Shown here: one piece after another, positions 26,346 to 39,258 of the stretch | How the letters are laid out: each line of letters opens with the position of its first letter | Position numbering within the stretch: position 1 is the first letter of the stretch | NCBI RefSeq assembly: GCF_001447785.1 | Contig: NW_015169177.1 | Span: forward strand, 1,098,032 to 1,162,031 | Origin: Gekko japonicus | Lineage: Eukaryota | Direction of reading: 5' to 3' | DNA length: 64,000 nucleotides | Position numbers and translations under genes: made by a program | The notes under the pieces: generated by a model | What the model saw: only the letters and a program-made list of their open reading frames with translations | What the model was told of the DNA's origin: nothing | The model's database searches: none

Positions 26346-27182
26346 CAGAGAACTGAGAAATGCTGTACAGTTATCAAAGACATGCTTGGAGTAAGAAGTG
26401 TGAAAGCCATATTATGGGTTAAACTGGGTATATTGTTGAAAGAATTAATAAGGATTTAATCGGGTGTAATCAAGCTTTCTTACGGTGCTAGTGGTAATTT
26501 GGATATCCTTCTGTAAATTACACAGAAGAGTCAAAATAATATCCCATTGATCTGGGTTGCCGACCAGAGCCAAGTGAATTACATCGCAGCTGCATCTGTT
26601 TGTGGGCTGTCACTCTTGTCTTCCTCTACCATCTCTAGGTTTGGAGGTAAGTCAAACAGTGGGCAGTTACTGTGGTTTGCTGTTTTCATTTTGTGATGTT
26701 TTCTTTACATGTTGCTTCTCAAAATTTTCAGTTTCTTCCCCTGGAACAAAGGGGAAAGTGTATTTTTTCCAGTGTATCCTAAAAAAAACAAGAAGTGTCA
26801 CTGTTTTCACATATGCTGTCCAGGAATGCTATAAACTTTGGAAAAATATGAAAAACACTCAGCGTTGGAATTTATCATTGTTCTCAGTGCCCATTTTGCA
26901 TCAAGGCAAATAGTTTGTATGATTGCCTTGATCATGAGCTTCCATTTCACAGTGAAAGGCCTTACAGATAGGTTTGTGTCTGTCCAATGGAAGTTTTTGG
27001 CATGATGGCAGGCTGGGTAGCTGATTTTCATACTCACAATTTACTAACAGTACCTTGCTTGTGAGCAACACTGAAAGCCAGTTTATTAGCATGTGGTTCT
27101 GTTTTTCTTTTTTAAAAATAGATGTCATTCATTTTTCTTTCCTGTTAAGGTGACACGTTTCAGACTCTTTTCAAAAGTTTCT

Positions 27183-27435
27183 GCCAGTTTGGTGTAGTGG
27201 TTAAGTGTGTGGACTCTAATCTGGGAGAACCGGGTTTGATTCCCCACTCCTGCCCTTGCTGGATGACCTTGGGCAAGCCATAGTTCTGGCACAGCTCTTC
27301 TTGAAAAAGAGCAGTTTCTGTCAGAGCTCTCTCAGCCCCACCTACCTCACAGGGTGCCTGTTGTGGCCAGGGGAAGGGAAAGGAGTTTGTAAGCTGCTCT
27401 GAAACTCCCTTGGGTAGTGAAGGGTGGGGTATAAA
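27183..27435 (+). mobile_element. Squam3-like tRNA-derived SINE
   Basis: CCAGTTTGGTGTAGTGGTTAAG...GGGTTTGATTCCCC head; AGAGCTCTCTCAGCCCCACCTACCTCACAGGG body. Confidence 0.88.
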
Positions 27436-29146
27436 GCCCCATTGAAATGAACTGGAATTGTGAAATCACAGTAATAGTGCATAGATAAGTAATTTGTTTT
27501 CCTTAGGATTTCTTTTCATTATTGCCTTAGAGGTATCTTGTCTGTCACTTTTACTCAATGAAAATCCATGAAACCATTGGTTAGCACTGGAACAAAAAGT
27601 AACTCCTCGAAGTTGCTTGAATTCAGGAAGCTGAGTTTGCCGGAATAATTCTTTTTTCCTGACCATACCTGGTTTTAACAACAATGCCTTTTCTAAGCTG
27701 AACTCAGATCTTCCTTGAAACCTTTGTTCTTTCCTTGCAATATATGGTATGCTGCTTCTGCTGTAGTAAAACAACAGCTGAGATGTATTAACAGACATTC
27801 TTTGGAATAGCACTGGAAGTTATAAAATTCCTTGAAAAGAGCACAAATTTGTTTACAAGCTTCGTTTTGCTGATTTGTAGCAGCAGGATTTGATGGATTC
27901 TGGTCCAGATCACTGTGGCAAGTCTTGGCGGTACTCTGATCCATTGCAGATGAAGCTTTTATTGTGAAGAACGTTGCAGTAAATCTGCCTTTAAAAACCT
28001 TAGCTTGGGACTTCAGTATTCTACAAATACTTTAGGCACTGGATAGTTTTGTGTAGTTTTTTTGTTCCCATCCCTCTGTCACACTGGAGTGTGACCAAGA
28101 AGTGGAGCCCAGGATGGGCATATGCAGATAGCAGAGGTGGAGTTATGTAGATAAGGGCAAGCAGGTTTGGTATTCAGTGGGTGAGGCTAGTATCCTCTTT
28201 AAAGATAGGACCAGGTATATCTTAATATGGGCATAATTATGGACATTTCACTGGATTTAAATATGTGTGACTTTGTTCAAGATACTACTTCAAGGTTATG
28301 TTAATTATATATTATGTTCTGTATTTAATGGAAAAAAAGGTTATACATGCATCTTGGTCCCCCATAACTAAATTTATTTTAATTATTTTTAAATTAATGC
28401 ATAAGGAAGTGTGTTTCTCTAGAATTGCATGATAAAAATATTTCCTGTTTTATTTCTGTGGGTTATGCTGGGATAAGAAAATAAGCTTTTCTCTTCATTA
28501 TTTCATCATACACATGTTTCTGGTGTTTTATAACAGTTCAGAGGATAGTTTGTTAGCTAATACGCTGCAGGTAAAAATATAAAAAATCAAACTTAACCCC
28601 AATTTATTATATTTTAATTATTTGCACAATAATTTAAGAATGGGGAAATTCCCTGTTCGTTGAGTTTATGGAACTTTAAATCAGAATATCAAAAGATATG
28701 TTCCTCTTATGCCTGCAGCAGTACCAAATAGATCCAAGCAAATGGCTGGTTTGCATATTGAAACGGTTAGTTTTCCTATTCAAACACTTTGAAAATGTGG
28801 ACCCAGAGGCAAATATTTCTTTGCCAAGTTCATGATTAACACTTTCCCAGCATGTCTAAACATAATTAGTGATAGGGATAGTTTATAGATGTTGTAAAAA
28901 TTGTACAGAACATCTTTTTATTCTTCTTTGCTTTATTGTAAGGCTTCTGCTTCACTGTTGGGTTGGCAGAAAGATTTCCCGAGGAATTTAGTTAGCAGAC
29001 TTTAATACTATTCTAAAAACAAACAAAAAAGATGAGTTGTAGTTCAACCTTAAGTTGACAGTAAGTCTTTGCAGATAGCCTGTTCAGTTGACTGCTGTTT
29101 AGAACAACTTGGGACAATTGCAAAAAAGTTTGAAAGTCAAACAAGA

Positions 29147-29488
29147 TGAGAGTCCCTTGGACTGCAAGAAGATCAAATCAGTCAATCCTAAAAGAAATCA
29201 ACCCTGACTGTTCCCTGGAAGGCCAGATAGTGAAACTGAAGCTCAAATACTTTGGCCACCAAATGAGAAGGGAGCACTTACTGGAGAAGACCCTGATGCT
29301 GGGAAAGATTGAAGGTCAAAGAAGACGGGGACGGCAAAGGATTAGATAGTTAGACAGTGTCATAGATGCAACGAACATGAAATTGAGCAAACTTCAGAGG
29401 ATGGCGGAAGACAGGAAGGCCTGGCGTGATCTGGTCCGTGGGATTGCAAAGAGTCGGCCTTGACTGTGCGGCTGAACAACAACAACAA
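29147..29488 (+). mobile_element. RTE-BovB LINE 3' fragment with (CAA)n tail
   Basis: ORF 29146-29349 is the BovB C-terminus; tail CTGAACAACAACAAC; probable TSD AAGATGAGA. Confidence 0.93.
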
Positions 29489-30458
29489 AGATGAGATACT
29501 GAAGAGTATGAATGGCTCTGTAGTGCTAGCTCTTTTCCCTTATGCCATTTTAACAACTTCAAATGGTCTCCTGGAGTTGATCCTCACCAACCAGAAGATA
29601 CATATAAGCAGTATACATGCAGACATATCTCTTGTACAGTAGTGGTTGACCTACAGTACAAACATAACCCCCGGGGTTTGTTTTCTAATCCACCTTGGTT
29701 TGTATCATTTGTGGAAATCCTTTTAAATTTGTAATTGTTGGACTGTTCAAGACCTGCTTTGGCATTGGAAATCTATGTCCATGCTGGAATAGCGATAATA
29801 AGCAGCTTCTTTTCAATTGTGCTACTTCTACAAATCAGATAGCAGCTTAATATCTAGGGAAATTATACCAAATCTGGGTAGGGCTTGATTAAATGTTATG
29901 ACCAATACACATACAGCATGCTGTCTGTTCCATGTGTATTTCTTAGAAGTGGTCAGGATGTATTGTGGGTTTTCCACTCAAGCCGGAACCATGTAAATTT
30001 AAATGTGTCGGTAATTAGGCACTTAAATTTCCTTTGCAAGAGAGAACTCTTTAATTTGCATATAGGTTTATGTCATATTCAGAACTGAAGACTCATACTT
30101 GTGATGCTATCTGTCCAGGGTATTGGTTGTCTTGTACATTGGTAGACTTATTTTAAATTAGGAAAGTCGCAGAACAGGATCAGTCTTTCATGCCTAATCT
30201 GAATGGTTTCTGAACATTCAGATAACTTTTGATTATAGTTTATGAGTAATTATTTTTAACAAGTATTTTGTTTTAGCAGATGATTCTCTTCCATTTCCTT
30301 GCACAGATCCTGGGACCTGATCAGATTAGTGAGCAGATTTTTCAACTGAAAATATCTAAACCAAGAGATCTTAATTCCAAATCTTTCTTCCACTGTGGTT
30401 TTATCTAAGATTGTCCCAATAAAAATGTGGATTTGTTTGTGGAAAGTCTTGTTTACCC

Positions 30459-31418
30459 TGTTAGGGAATTGGAGAGATTAATGTCCTGGCTTCCTCACCC
30501 TGCTGCTGAATTTATACGTCTATTAACCTCACATGTTCATTTCCCTGCTCCAGACACTGCATCACTGGAGCAGGGCCTGCTACCTCACACAGCTGGGGCC
30601 TATTTGTAGGAACCCTAAATAAATAGCTTGGGCCAAAACTCCACCCCCCACTGGAGTCAATTGGGAACTAACCAATAAAGGAGGATGAGTGAGTCAGCCT
30701 CTGGTTGACTAACAGTAGGTCTTGTTGAAAGGTAGATGCTGAGACCGTCTCTCCTTCTCAGGCTGCCTTTTACTTCAAATGCTAATTCAATTTTAAATGT
30801 TAATTTAGCCCTTTTCGGCTGAGATTAAAGGGGGCTTTAGCTGAATAGCCTCAGCAGTTGCAGAAGGTACTTAACTGCTTGTTTTCTTGTACGAAAAAAG
30901 CCTCCTCCTTTAAAGAATGTGAGAATTAGCTTAACATTTTAGATTTATTTTAAAAATTGAGCCCATTTTTTAAGCCTTAGCTGTATTTAAACACAGTCTG
31001 CAGTTTGTTTTGTTATTTGCTTTCTTTTTTCTGTTACAAAAACCTGCCTAAGGTTTAGCCTTTTTCTGTTACAAAAACCTGCCTAAGGTTTAGCCTTACC
31101 TGTGAACTAACTATCCCTAGTCTCTGGTATTATTGCTTTAATCTATACGTGTAATAATTTTCAAAGTGATATTGGAGTTTAAGATAGCCCTCAGTTTTAA
31201 TCCTTGTCTTTTGTTTGACCTTCTGTTTAACCCTTCCTGTACTGTAGTAAAACTAGCCAAGAACCTCTGAGCCTGTTTAGAACTAAAATTAGCTACTCTT
31301 GAGTAGTTTGAGGAGCTACAGCCAAACTGAATTTAGGATTAGACCAGAAAATTGGCACAGAACTAAAATTAGCTACACCTGAACGGTTTGAGCAGCTACA
31401 ACACTGAGGAGTTACACA
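30459..31418. mobile_element. Possible solo LTR with internal tandem duplications
   Basis: TGTTAGG...GTTACACA ends; duplicated units near 31024-31097 and 31279-31400; no convincing TSD. Confidence 0.35.
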
Positions 31419-31899
31419 ACGTTTGTACTTAAAGGAATTCTGTAAGCTGTTTCAAATCAAGAGAGGAAGTAGAGTATGGCAGCAATCCAAATCAGTGGCA
31501 TATTTTGAAGAAGGGGTAGACAGGGCTTTGAGGTGGGATCATAAAAGTGTTGTGTTTTAGGGGTTTTTTACAAGCTAGTAAGACATTACAGCTACATCAG
31601 AGAATTGATGTGTGTTTTGTTATTTAACATGTGAAATAATTATGAAATCATTGTGAGGTGAACGATCTCCAGTTTAATAGATTAATCATTCATATTTGGA
31701 CAATGTTTCTGGTTTACTTTGTTGGAAGAAGAACAGTAATAATTAACAATAAACATTTAAATTGTTTTGTTTAGAACTATAACAGTATATAGCATACATA
31801 TTCTTGTATTTGCTTAAACATCTACGAGGCTACATTTTCAAAGATCCCAAAACCTCTGGAGTATCCTGCTCAAAAAGTTTCAGTTCCATTTGGACTGGT

Positions 31900-32548
31900 T
31901 GTCCCTCCCTCCTCACGTTTAGCTCTTAACATCTACTCTTTCCTTACCCAGATCTAGTCTACTCCGAACTACATTGAACTTCTTGAAACTTAGCACTTAA
32001 GAGATAAGAGGTTGATTCTGTGTACATAGATTTGCAGAGGAACGATACGCTGGAGGTCTCTTTCTCAACTCTATTTAAAAGCAATTCTGCTGTTAAGGAG
32101 AGGCTTGTAATCTCTGCAGACACAAATTCACAGTTTTGAGAATTGCAAAACTTAGCATGTGTGATAGAAAAATTTACCCAAAATAATCTTACAAAAACCT
32201 CTGGGAGGGCATGAATTTAGGACCATAATAAATGAATTAATGGAATTCATTTACAAATAATCTTACTGAAACCTTTGGGTGAGCATGACATTGGGGTTCG
32301 AATGAATGAATTAATGGAATTATTTTACATTTTTAAAAACATTGCACGAATATACAGTCTCATACTGTGTAATTAAAAATTAATCCATTTTTCATGATGA
32401 AAAACCTTTGATGAAATTATCTTTAGGGAGACACCCCCCCAAAAAAAAACACCATTTTATCAAACAAAATCCAATTTAAATAAAAATAATTTAAAAAAAA
32501 ATCCAGGTTTAAAAAAAATATATATATATCAATTTTTATCCACCCTGG
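31900..32548. mobile_element. DNA transposon (hAT-like) terminal remnant
   Basis: Ends ATTTTTATCCACCCTG with an AT-rich subterminal region; ~75-bp tandem duplicate at ~32180-32330; left boundary uncertain. Confidence 0.45.
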
Positions 32549-33919
32549 ACCCAATTTGTGGTGTTGATTGTGTTCTTTCCAGGAAATCTCAGCAGTTTAT
32601 CTTGAAAAAGTTTTGCCCTAGACATGCCCTATGTTATTGTAGTAAGGATGAGAATTTGACGAGTTTGAGCAAATAAACTGGCTGGATCCAACCCATTCCA
32701 TAGGCATGTCCATTTCTGTTGTCAGTGATGTAGTTTTAGTTAGAGCTGGTTTCTGTAGATGGTTGATGGGGGAATTAACTTAATGTGTTAGTTTGAATTA
32801 TACATATTGCCAGCTATCTTTTGTGTTGGCTTCTTTATTTTTGCTACATTGTGATGCTCATTAACATAACAAAAGTTGATTATTTTCTCTTTCAGAACTG
32901 ATGTGTCCACCTGTTGCTGAACATCTTGTGTTTAGCATTCCGATAACATTTGATTTGCATGTTCTAAGAACAAGAATAGAGTAGCAGCAGGGAGCACACA
33001 TAGATCTGATAAAATTTCAGTGGAAGAGCTAAATTTATCCTGCTAGATACTTTTTCTCTTGAAGAGGAGTACATTCATGACTTCTCAGAAAAGTCAGGAG
33101 TCAGGACCATCAAGGGGACTATTGGATTTCCACTGCGAATCAACAATGGAAATATGCTGTATCGAGATCAAACCACAGAGACATAGCATCTGTTCTTTAG
33201 ATATCCAGAGTTGCGGTTTTCTAAAATAAGCAGTGCCCATTATGTTTTATGATACATTGGTGGGCTGGGATAAGGGGTAGCCTCTTAAAACTGGATTTTT
33301 TTGGTTGAAAACTCAGCTCAATTTATGTGCAAGATTACAGTCCATTTTTAAATACAGCCACAAAGTGGCGCAGGATCCATTTCCCCCCCTGTATGGAGCT
33401 TTAAGATAAATGCATATTTTATATATTTATAATCAAGTGCTGTAGTACTTAAGTATTTGATCTAAATGTTTTCTAAAAACTGTTCTATAGCCTAAACCTT
33501 GGCAGATTTTAAAAAAACCAGGCATGAGTGTATTGTCCTGATCAAGAGACCTCAGCTGGAGTGCAAGGGCTCTAGCGCCATAGAGGTTGTTCCCAAGCCC
33601 TCTGCAAATTGCGGTTCAGAGCGTGTTCTGCTGCATTCATTGCAATCAATAACATGTACACTTAGATATTCAAACAGTTTATACAAGTGATACAAAGATT
33701 GTTACAGAGAAAGGCTGTTTTTTCTTCTGTGAATTTTCAGTTTAAAATACAGAAAACCTTTTGAAATATAAAAAAACTAGCTAGCTGATCTGTTTTTCTT
33801 TGTCATTCGGGGAGGGCTGGAAAGCAGCAGCAAAAAAATTTGGGTTCTAAAATTTGAGGGCTTCTGGAACCAAGAATTTCTTGCTCGTCCATTCTTGCAG
33901 AAGGACATTAAAAATATAG

Positions 33920-34060
33920 ATGAACAAGAGTTTCGGGCTATACTATCCGGAAAATCTTGTTGGTCTCTCAGGTTCCGCTGAACTTAAATCTAGTTTTGCT
34001 AGAATCTAGCTCTACTCAAATCTAGTTCTACTGCAGACCAATTTGGCTGCTCTCTGAAAT
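33920..34060 (+). mobile_element. Degenerate Penelope-like short repeat (opposite orientation to 58555-58649)
   Basis: AATCTTGTTGGTCTC..AGGT.C..CTG.ACT is reverse-complement-similar to 58570-58605. Confidence 0.5.
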
Positions 34061-34827
34061 GAAGAAGTATAGATATGCTTGTTGGTTCTTACATTTTAAA
34101 ACGTTTTCTATAAACTGAACATTCACAGAAAAAACAACAGATTTTTCTCTCTAAGGATCTTTGTAATTAGCTTTACTCTCTGGTCATCCTGTACTCTTCC
34201 TGTTCACTGCTTGGCCTTTTTATCACCCACCCACACAGATGCTTACTGTTACTTTCACTTCCTTGTTTTTGCTAGTATTTTGCTTTTCTTCCTGTATTAG
34301 CATCCTGTTTTAATACTGCAATGGATGAAGGGCAGGAGGTCTAGTTTTATCTAAGTTTCATTCATTCACAGAGGGCTTCATTTAAAAGAAGCTCTAATCG
34401 TTCATGTTTTGATGGAGAGAGGAGGGGAAATTGCTGCAAATCATTAGTTCAGTTATGTTCCTGCCTCTTATTTTCAACCACAATCTGGCCACTCCTGTGC
34501 ATAGTATATTTAGCAAAATCGCTAATTCAGACCTGAAGAACCATAGGCTGGAGCTTTCATACAGGTATACAGTATTTTTGCATAATTTCAAAGAAACAGG
34601 GTTAGGTTCAGTACAAAAAAGCAAAGTGTATACAGGGCAAATGGAGAGTGCTTGTGAGGGGGATAAATAATGCTGCTCTGCTGGCTATTTGAAAACAAAT
34701 TTCTCATTGACCTTGGGAAATGGCACACAAAAATTCTACTGTGGCTTCTTCTATCTGCTATTTATATATATTTATTTATACAGCACCTCCGGGTGTCAAA
34801 AAGTCAGAGAATATTAAGATCAACTTT

Positions 34828-36262
34828 GTTTATTTTATTTTATTATTTTTTTAGCCCACCCTTCCCTACAAGCCGGGGTCAGGGTGACTTACAACAGAAA
34901 GAACAGACAATAAGTAACTAAAAAGTTAAAATTGTACAATAAAATAGACAGTATATATCAACAAAATTCGAGTCATTCTAAGATGGCAAAATTACAGATT
35001 TCACAAGCCTCCTGGGAGGGCTTGCGTAGAATGAGAATGCCCGACTACATGCTGTACCGTCACTGTCCTCAACCGAATGCCTGGTGGAACATCTCTGCCT
35101 TACATGCCTTGCGGAAAGGTAGCAGATCCTGCAGGGCATAGATGTCCTCTGGCAGAGAGTTCCACCAGGACGACAGCCGGATCTCCCTCAGGCTGGGGAC
35201 CACCAGGAGGTTCTTACTTCTCGAGCGTAGCGCTCTTCTTGGGGAATACTGGGAGAGGCGGTTCCAGTGGTATGTGGACTGCTAAGAGCCTTAAATGTCA
35301 AAAGCAGCACCTTGAACTTGATCCGGTGCTCCACTGGAAGCTAGTGCAGCTCATGCAGCACAGGTTGAATGTGTGCCCTAAAAGGGGTCCCTGTAAGGAC
35401 CCGTGTGGCTACATCCTGGATCAGTTGGAGCTTCTGGGTCAGTTTCAAGGGTAGGCCCACATAGGGTGAGTTACAGCAGTCTGTCCAGGAGGTGACTGTT
35501 GCATGGATTACCATGGCTAGGTCAGAGCGAGACAGGTAGGGAGCCAGTTGCCTGACGTGGCACAGTTGGAGAAATACCAGCCTGGCAACTTTCGCAGTCT
35601 GGGCCTCCATTCGTAAGGAGGCATCCAGAGTCACCCCCAGACTCCTGACAGTCAATGCCAGTGTTAAGGGCACCCCATCGAGAGTCAGAAGTTGGCAACC
35701 CAGCCATGGCTCCCACCCACCCACCCAGCCACAGAACCTCTGTCTTACCAGGATTCAGTTTCAACCAACTCTGCCTTAACCACCCAACCATGGCCTCCAA
35801 ACCATCTGGTACATTCATGGGAACAGTGTCTGGTCAGCCATCCATCAACAGAAATAGCTGTATGTCATCAGCGTACTGATGACACCCCAGCCCAAGACTC
35901 CACACCAGCTGGGTCAGCGGACACATATAAATGTTAAATAACATTGGGGAGAGAAGTGCCCCCTGAAGAACCCCGCATACTAGCAGGTGCCTCGGGACAC
36001 TGTCTCTTCCAGCACCATCCTCTGTTCCTTAATGGGGAGGAATGAGGTAAACCATTGCAAGGCTACCCCACGAATTCCAACGTCGACGAGGCAGTGGGTC
36101 AGTAGATCATAGCTGACCATGTCGAACGCTGCTGTAAGATCAAGTAAAATCAGCAATGTCGACCCACCTCAATGCAGGTGCGCCCTCATCTGTGAGGGTG
36201 AACAGCGCCATCTCCGTCCCATGGCCAGGGTGGAAGCTGGATTGGAATTGATCCAACACTGA
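34828..36262 (-). mobile_element. L2 LINE fragment including the RT domain
   Basis: Antisense QSSFHPGHGTEMAL..LLILLDLTAAFDMVSY, YADD (35866-35877), WLKLNPGKTEVL and LGVTLDASL motifs. Confidence 0.93.
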
Positions 36263-37254
36263 TCCGTAAAATAATATACATGTGTGCATATAACAGTTTT
36301 AAACTATCAACAGGAAGGACAATAAATAAAAAAAAAAAAAAAGGAAGGNNNNNNNNNNNNTAACAGTTTTAAACTATCAACAGGAAGGACAATAAATAAA
36401 GGAATGCCAAATTAAACAAGAGGTCTTCACCCACTGTCCAACTCTTTTCTAGCCACAGTGCTCTTCACATTAGGATCATCTCTAGGACTTATTAAACAAT
36501 AAAGTCCTAGAGATGATTGTATTCCACTTTTCTTCCTAGTAGGGACCCAGAGCAGCTTACAGTGTTCCCTCATCCTCCTCACCTGCTAGCAAATTACACT
36601 TGAAGAGTCTTTCTGCATTGGTGTAAATTTAAAATTTAGGCTGAGCCACCCTTGCTGCAGTTTCCAATTTATGTGGTCCTGAATGACCCTGGCCTTTTTT
36701 TCTTCTGTACTTCGCATTCCTAGTGAACACAGCATTTGTCTGTCCAAGACTTCCTTGGAAACAGAAATGTAACTCTGTAGTTCCTCTATAATTACAACAG
36801 CAATATTTTTTCCTCTTTAAAGGCCTATCTAAGAGACTGAATCCAGAAACCTTCTAAGTCCCCTCTGTAATTTATCCAACTAGTATATTTCTCACTTTTT
36901 TATCCCTCTTTGGTAAAGCTCAGAGCTCACTCTGCAAAGCAGACAGGCTTTCCTGTGCTGAGAGAGGACAAGTATCAGCGGAGGAACTCGCATTAACGCC
37001 TCTTGACATTCTGTCTGCACATTTTCTTGATGTGACCCTCTGGCCCTCCCCTCCTCTGCAAGTGTGGTGCTGAAAGAGCCCTTCCTCTGCACCACTAGAG
37101 CTGTGCTTTTCCCACCAGTGATGGGTTCAAACAAGGAGCATACTTATGGCTTTGTAAGCCATTTCTCTTGACCTTTTTTAAAAAAACTGCAACTGCTGGA
37201 GTAGAGCACTCGTGGTGTTTCAGTAATTGATGTTATTAAAGTTTTTCTGTTTGT

Positions 37255-37543
37255 GGAGAAGAGGAGGAGGAGATTGGATTTATGCCCCACCCTTCACTAC
37301 CTGAAGGAGTCGCAGAGCAGCTTACAATCTCCTTTCCCTTCCTCTCCCCACAACAGACACCCTGTGAGGTAGGTGGGGCTGAGAGAGCTCTCTTGAGAAC
37401 TGCCCTTGAGAGAACAGCTCTGAGAGAACTTATAACTGACCCAGGATCACACCAGCAGCTGCATGTGGAGGAGTGGGGAATCAAACCCATTTCTCCCAGA
37501 TTAGAGTCCGTGCTCCTAACCACTACACCTGACTGACTCTCCA
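37255..37543 (-). mobile_element. Squam3-like SINE
   Basis: Reverse complement of the 27183-27435 family. Confidence 0.88.
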
Positions 37544-39230
37544 GTTTGATATATTGTAGTTTAATGAAAATTTAAATGAAAAACTTGTTATACCTGTAAT
37601 CGGTTGGCACTTTATGTACCGCTCATTGATATTGCTCCTTACTGTTATATTATTGTTCTATGATTGTAAACGTCATTTGTTAAAATAAACAGTTTATTAC
37701 ATTTTTTAAAAAGTGACCATTCGCTTCAACATCTACAATGTGGTGCATGGGGAGAGCATCTGTGTAACCAAAGGTTACACATGTCACATTGCCAGTGTAG
37801 GGAGTAGCATCATATGCACATCCACCAATGGTTACACCACCTCTGGTATTAATTCTGGAAGGAAGTGTGTCTACAATCACTGCAGCTATGTGCACACTTA
37901 GCCAGAACCAATATTGCTGCTATAATTGTGTTGGGATTCTAATTCCTTTGGCTTCTTAGGAAATGGATCGACAATTGTTGAGGAAGTCCTTTCTTGATGC
38001 CAGTCTGCTTGTTGAGTTTCAGAGAAATGAAACTCCAGTTTGCATTTTTGGCATAGTAATATAACAGACCACGGTAGTTCACTTGCAGGCTAAAAATGGT
38101 GCTGTGGTTAGCTGGTGCTGAGCTTTTTTTTCTGCTGCCACTACCAGGATTTTGGGAGCTTTCCGACTCCCTTCTTCCGTGGCTGCTGACAGAGGCTGTG
38201 TAGAAGCTGTCTACCAGTGGACAAAGTAGTAGGAAATGATATATGGCTGGGGTATGTGTGTAGTTGTGGGCAGAATGGCATGAATTTAGAAGAAAGGCTT
38301 GGAGCTAGAGGTTCAGCAACAAACATTTTGCAGTCTGTTTTCTTCAAAGTTTTTGTTCGTTAGCAGCAATGTTTTTATGTGTATGTATATTGTTTTAGCT
38401 TTATTTGACTTGATTTTGTTGTTGCTAGTTCATGCTGCTGTGTTAATTATTGCCACTGGCTACTGTTTGCCCCACGGAGGGGGGAGAAAACAAATAAAGT
38501 GGAAGTGTGAATTTGTCTGGACTACTTTCTCCAGCAGGAACTGCTTGCTTTATTATAAAGGAAGACAATTTTTGTGATAGCATGATGTGCAGATGCTGGA
38601 ATTGAAAGACACAAGATCTCTTGCATTCTTGGGAATATGGAAGGTGTGGCAGTATTTGAAATCTTGTAGTCCTCATTTTAAATTGTATCACAGTGAATAC
38701 TGGCTAAAGCCTAGGCAGATATGGTGCAAACATGTAACCAGCTCAACTGCAACCAGTTCAACTGCTCGGTGTTAAGAAACACCTTGAAGATCATAGTCTA
38801 ATTAGCATTTGCTGAACGCTGTTGTAGTAAAGATGCAAAAAGTGGGAACAGCAAACCGGCAGTTTCCCAGTTCAAACTTTGCCTCAGCTATAGGGAAGCT
38901 TCTGTCCCCTAACATGCCTTTTCTGACATGGAGATGCTAGTCCATCATACAGGGTTTGTGAGACGATGCACAAGAAGAGGTATATTGAACACAATGCTCT
39001 ACAAATGCAAAATATCAATAGTATTAAAGGTAAGGGTGTTCTTACATACATGGGGATGCTGTTATGAATGTTTAACAAGAAATTATTAAATTGCCAAATT
39101 AGTCAAGCACAACACTTACATTCCTTTATGTAAGGATGAGATTTGGAAAAAGAATATGGTTCAGGAGATCTCCAAGCTGTGTGATTTGCTCTGCAAAAAC
39201 TGTATTCTTCAGGCAGAACAGCAGGGAGGC

Positions 39231-39258
39231 TGTGTGTGTGTGTGTGTGTGTGTGTGTG
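39231..39258. repeat. (TG)n microsatellite
   Basis: Direct observation. Confidence 0.95.

Noticed and set aside
27183-27250. tRNA gene
   Set aside because: A/B boxes only; it is the head of a SINE, as are the other copies.
36291-36400. 40-bp direct repeat TAACAGTTTTAAACTATCAACAGGAAGGACAATAAATAAA
   Set aside because: The copies flank an N gap, so this is most likely an unmerged contig overlap or haplotype artefact.
37713-37901. Cys/His-rich 62-aa ORF
   Set aside because: No splice signals or recognisable motif; consistent with chance.
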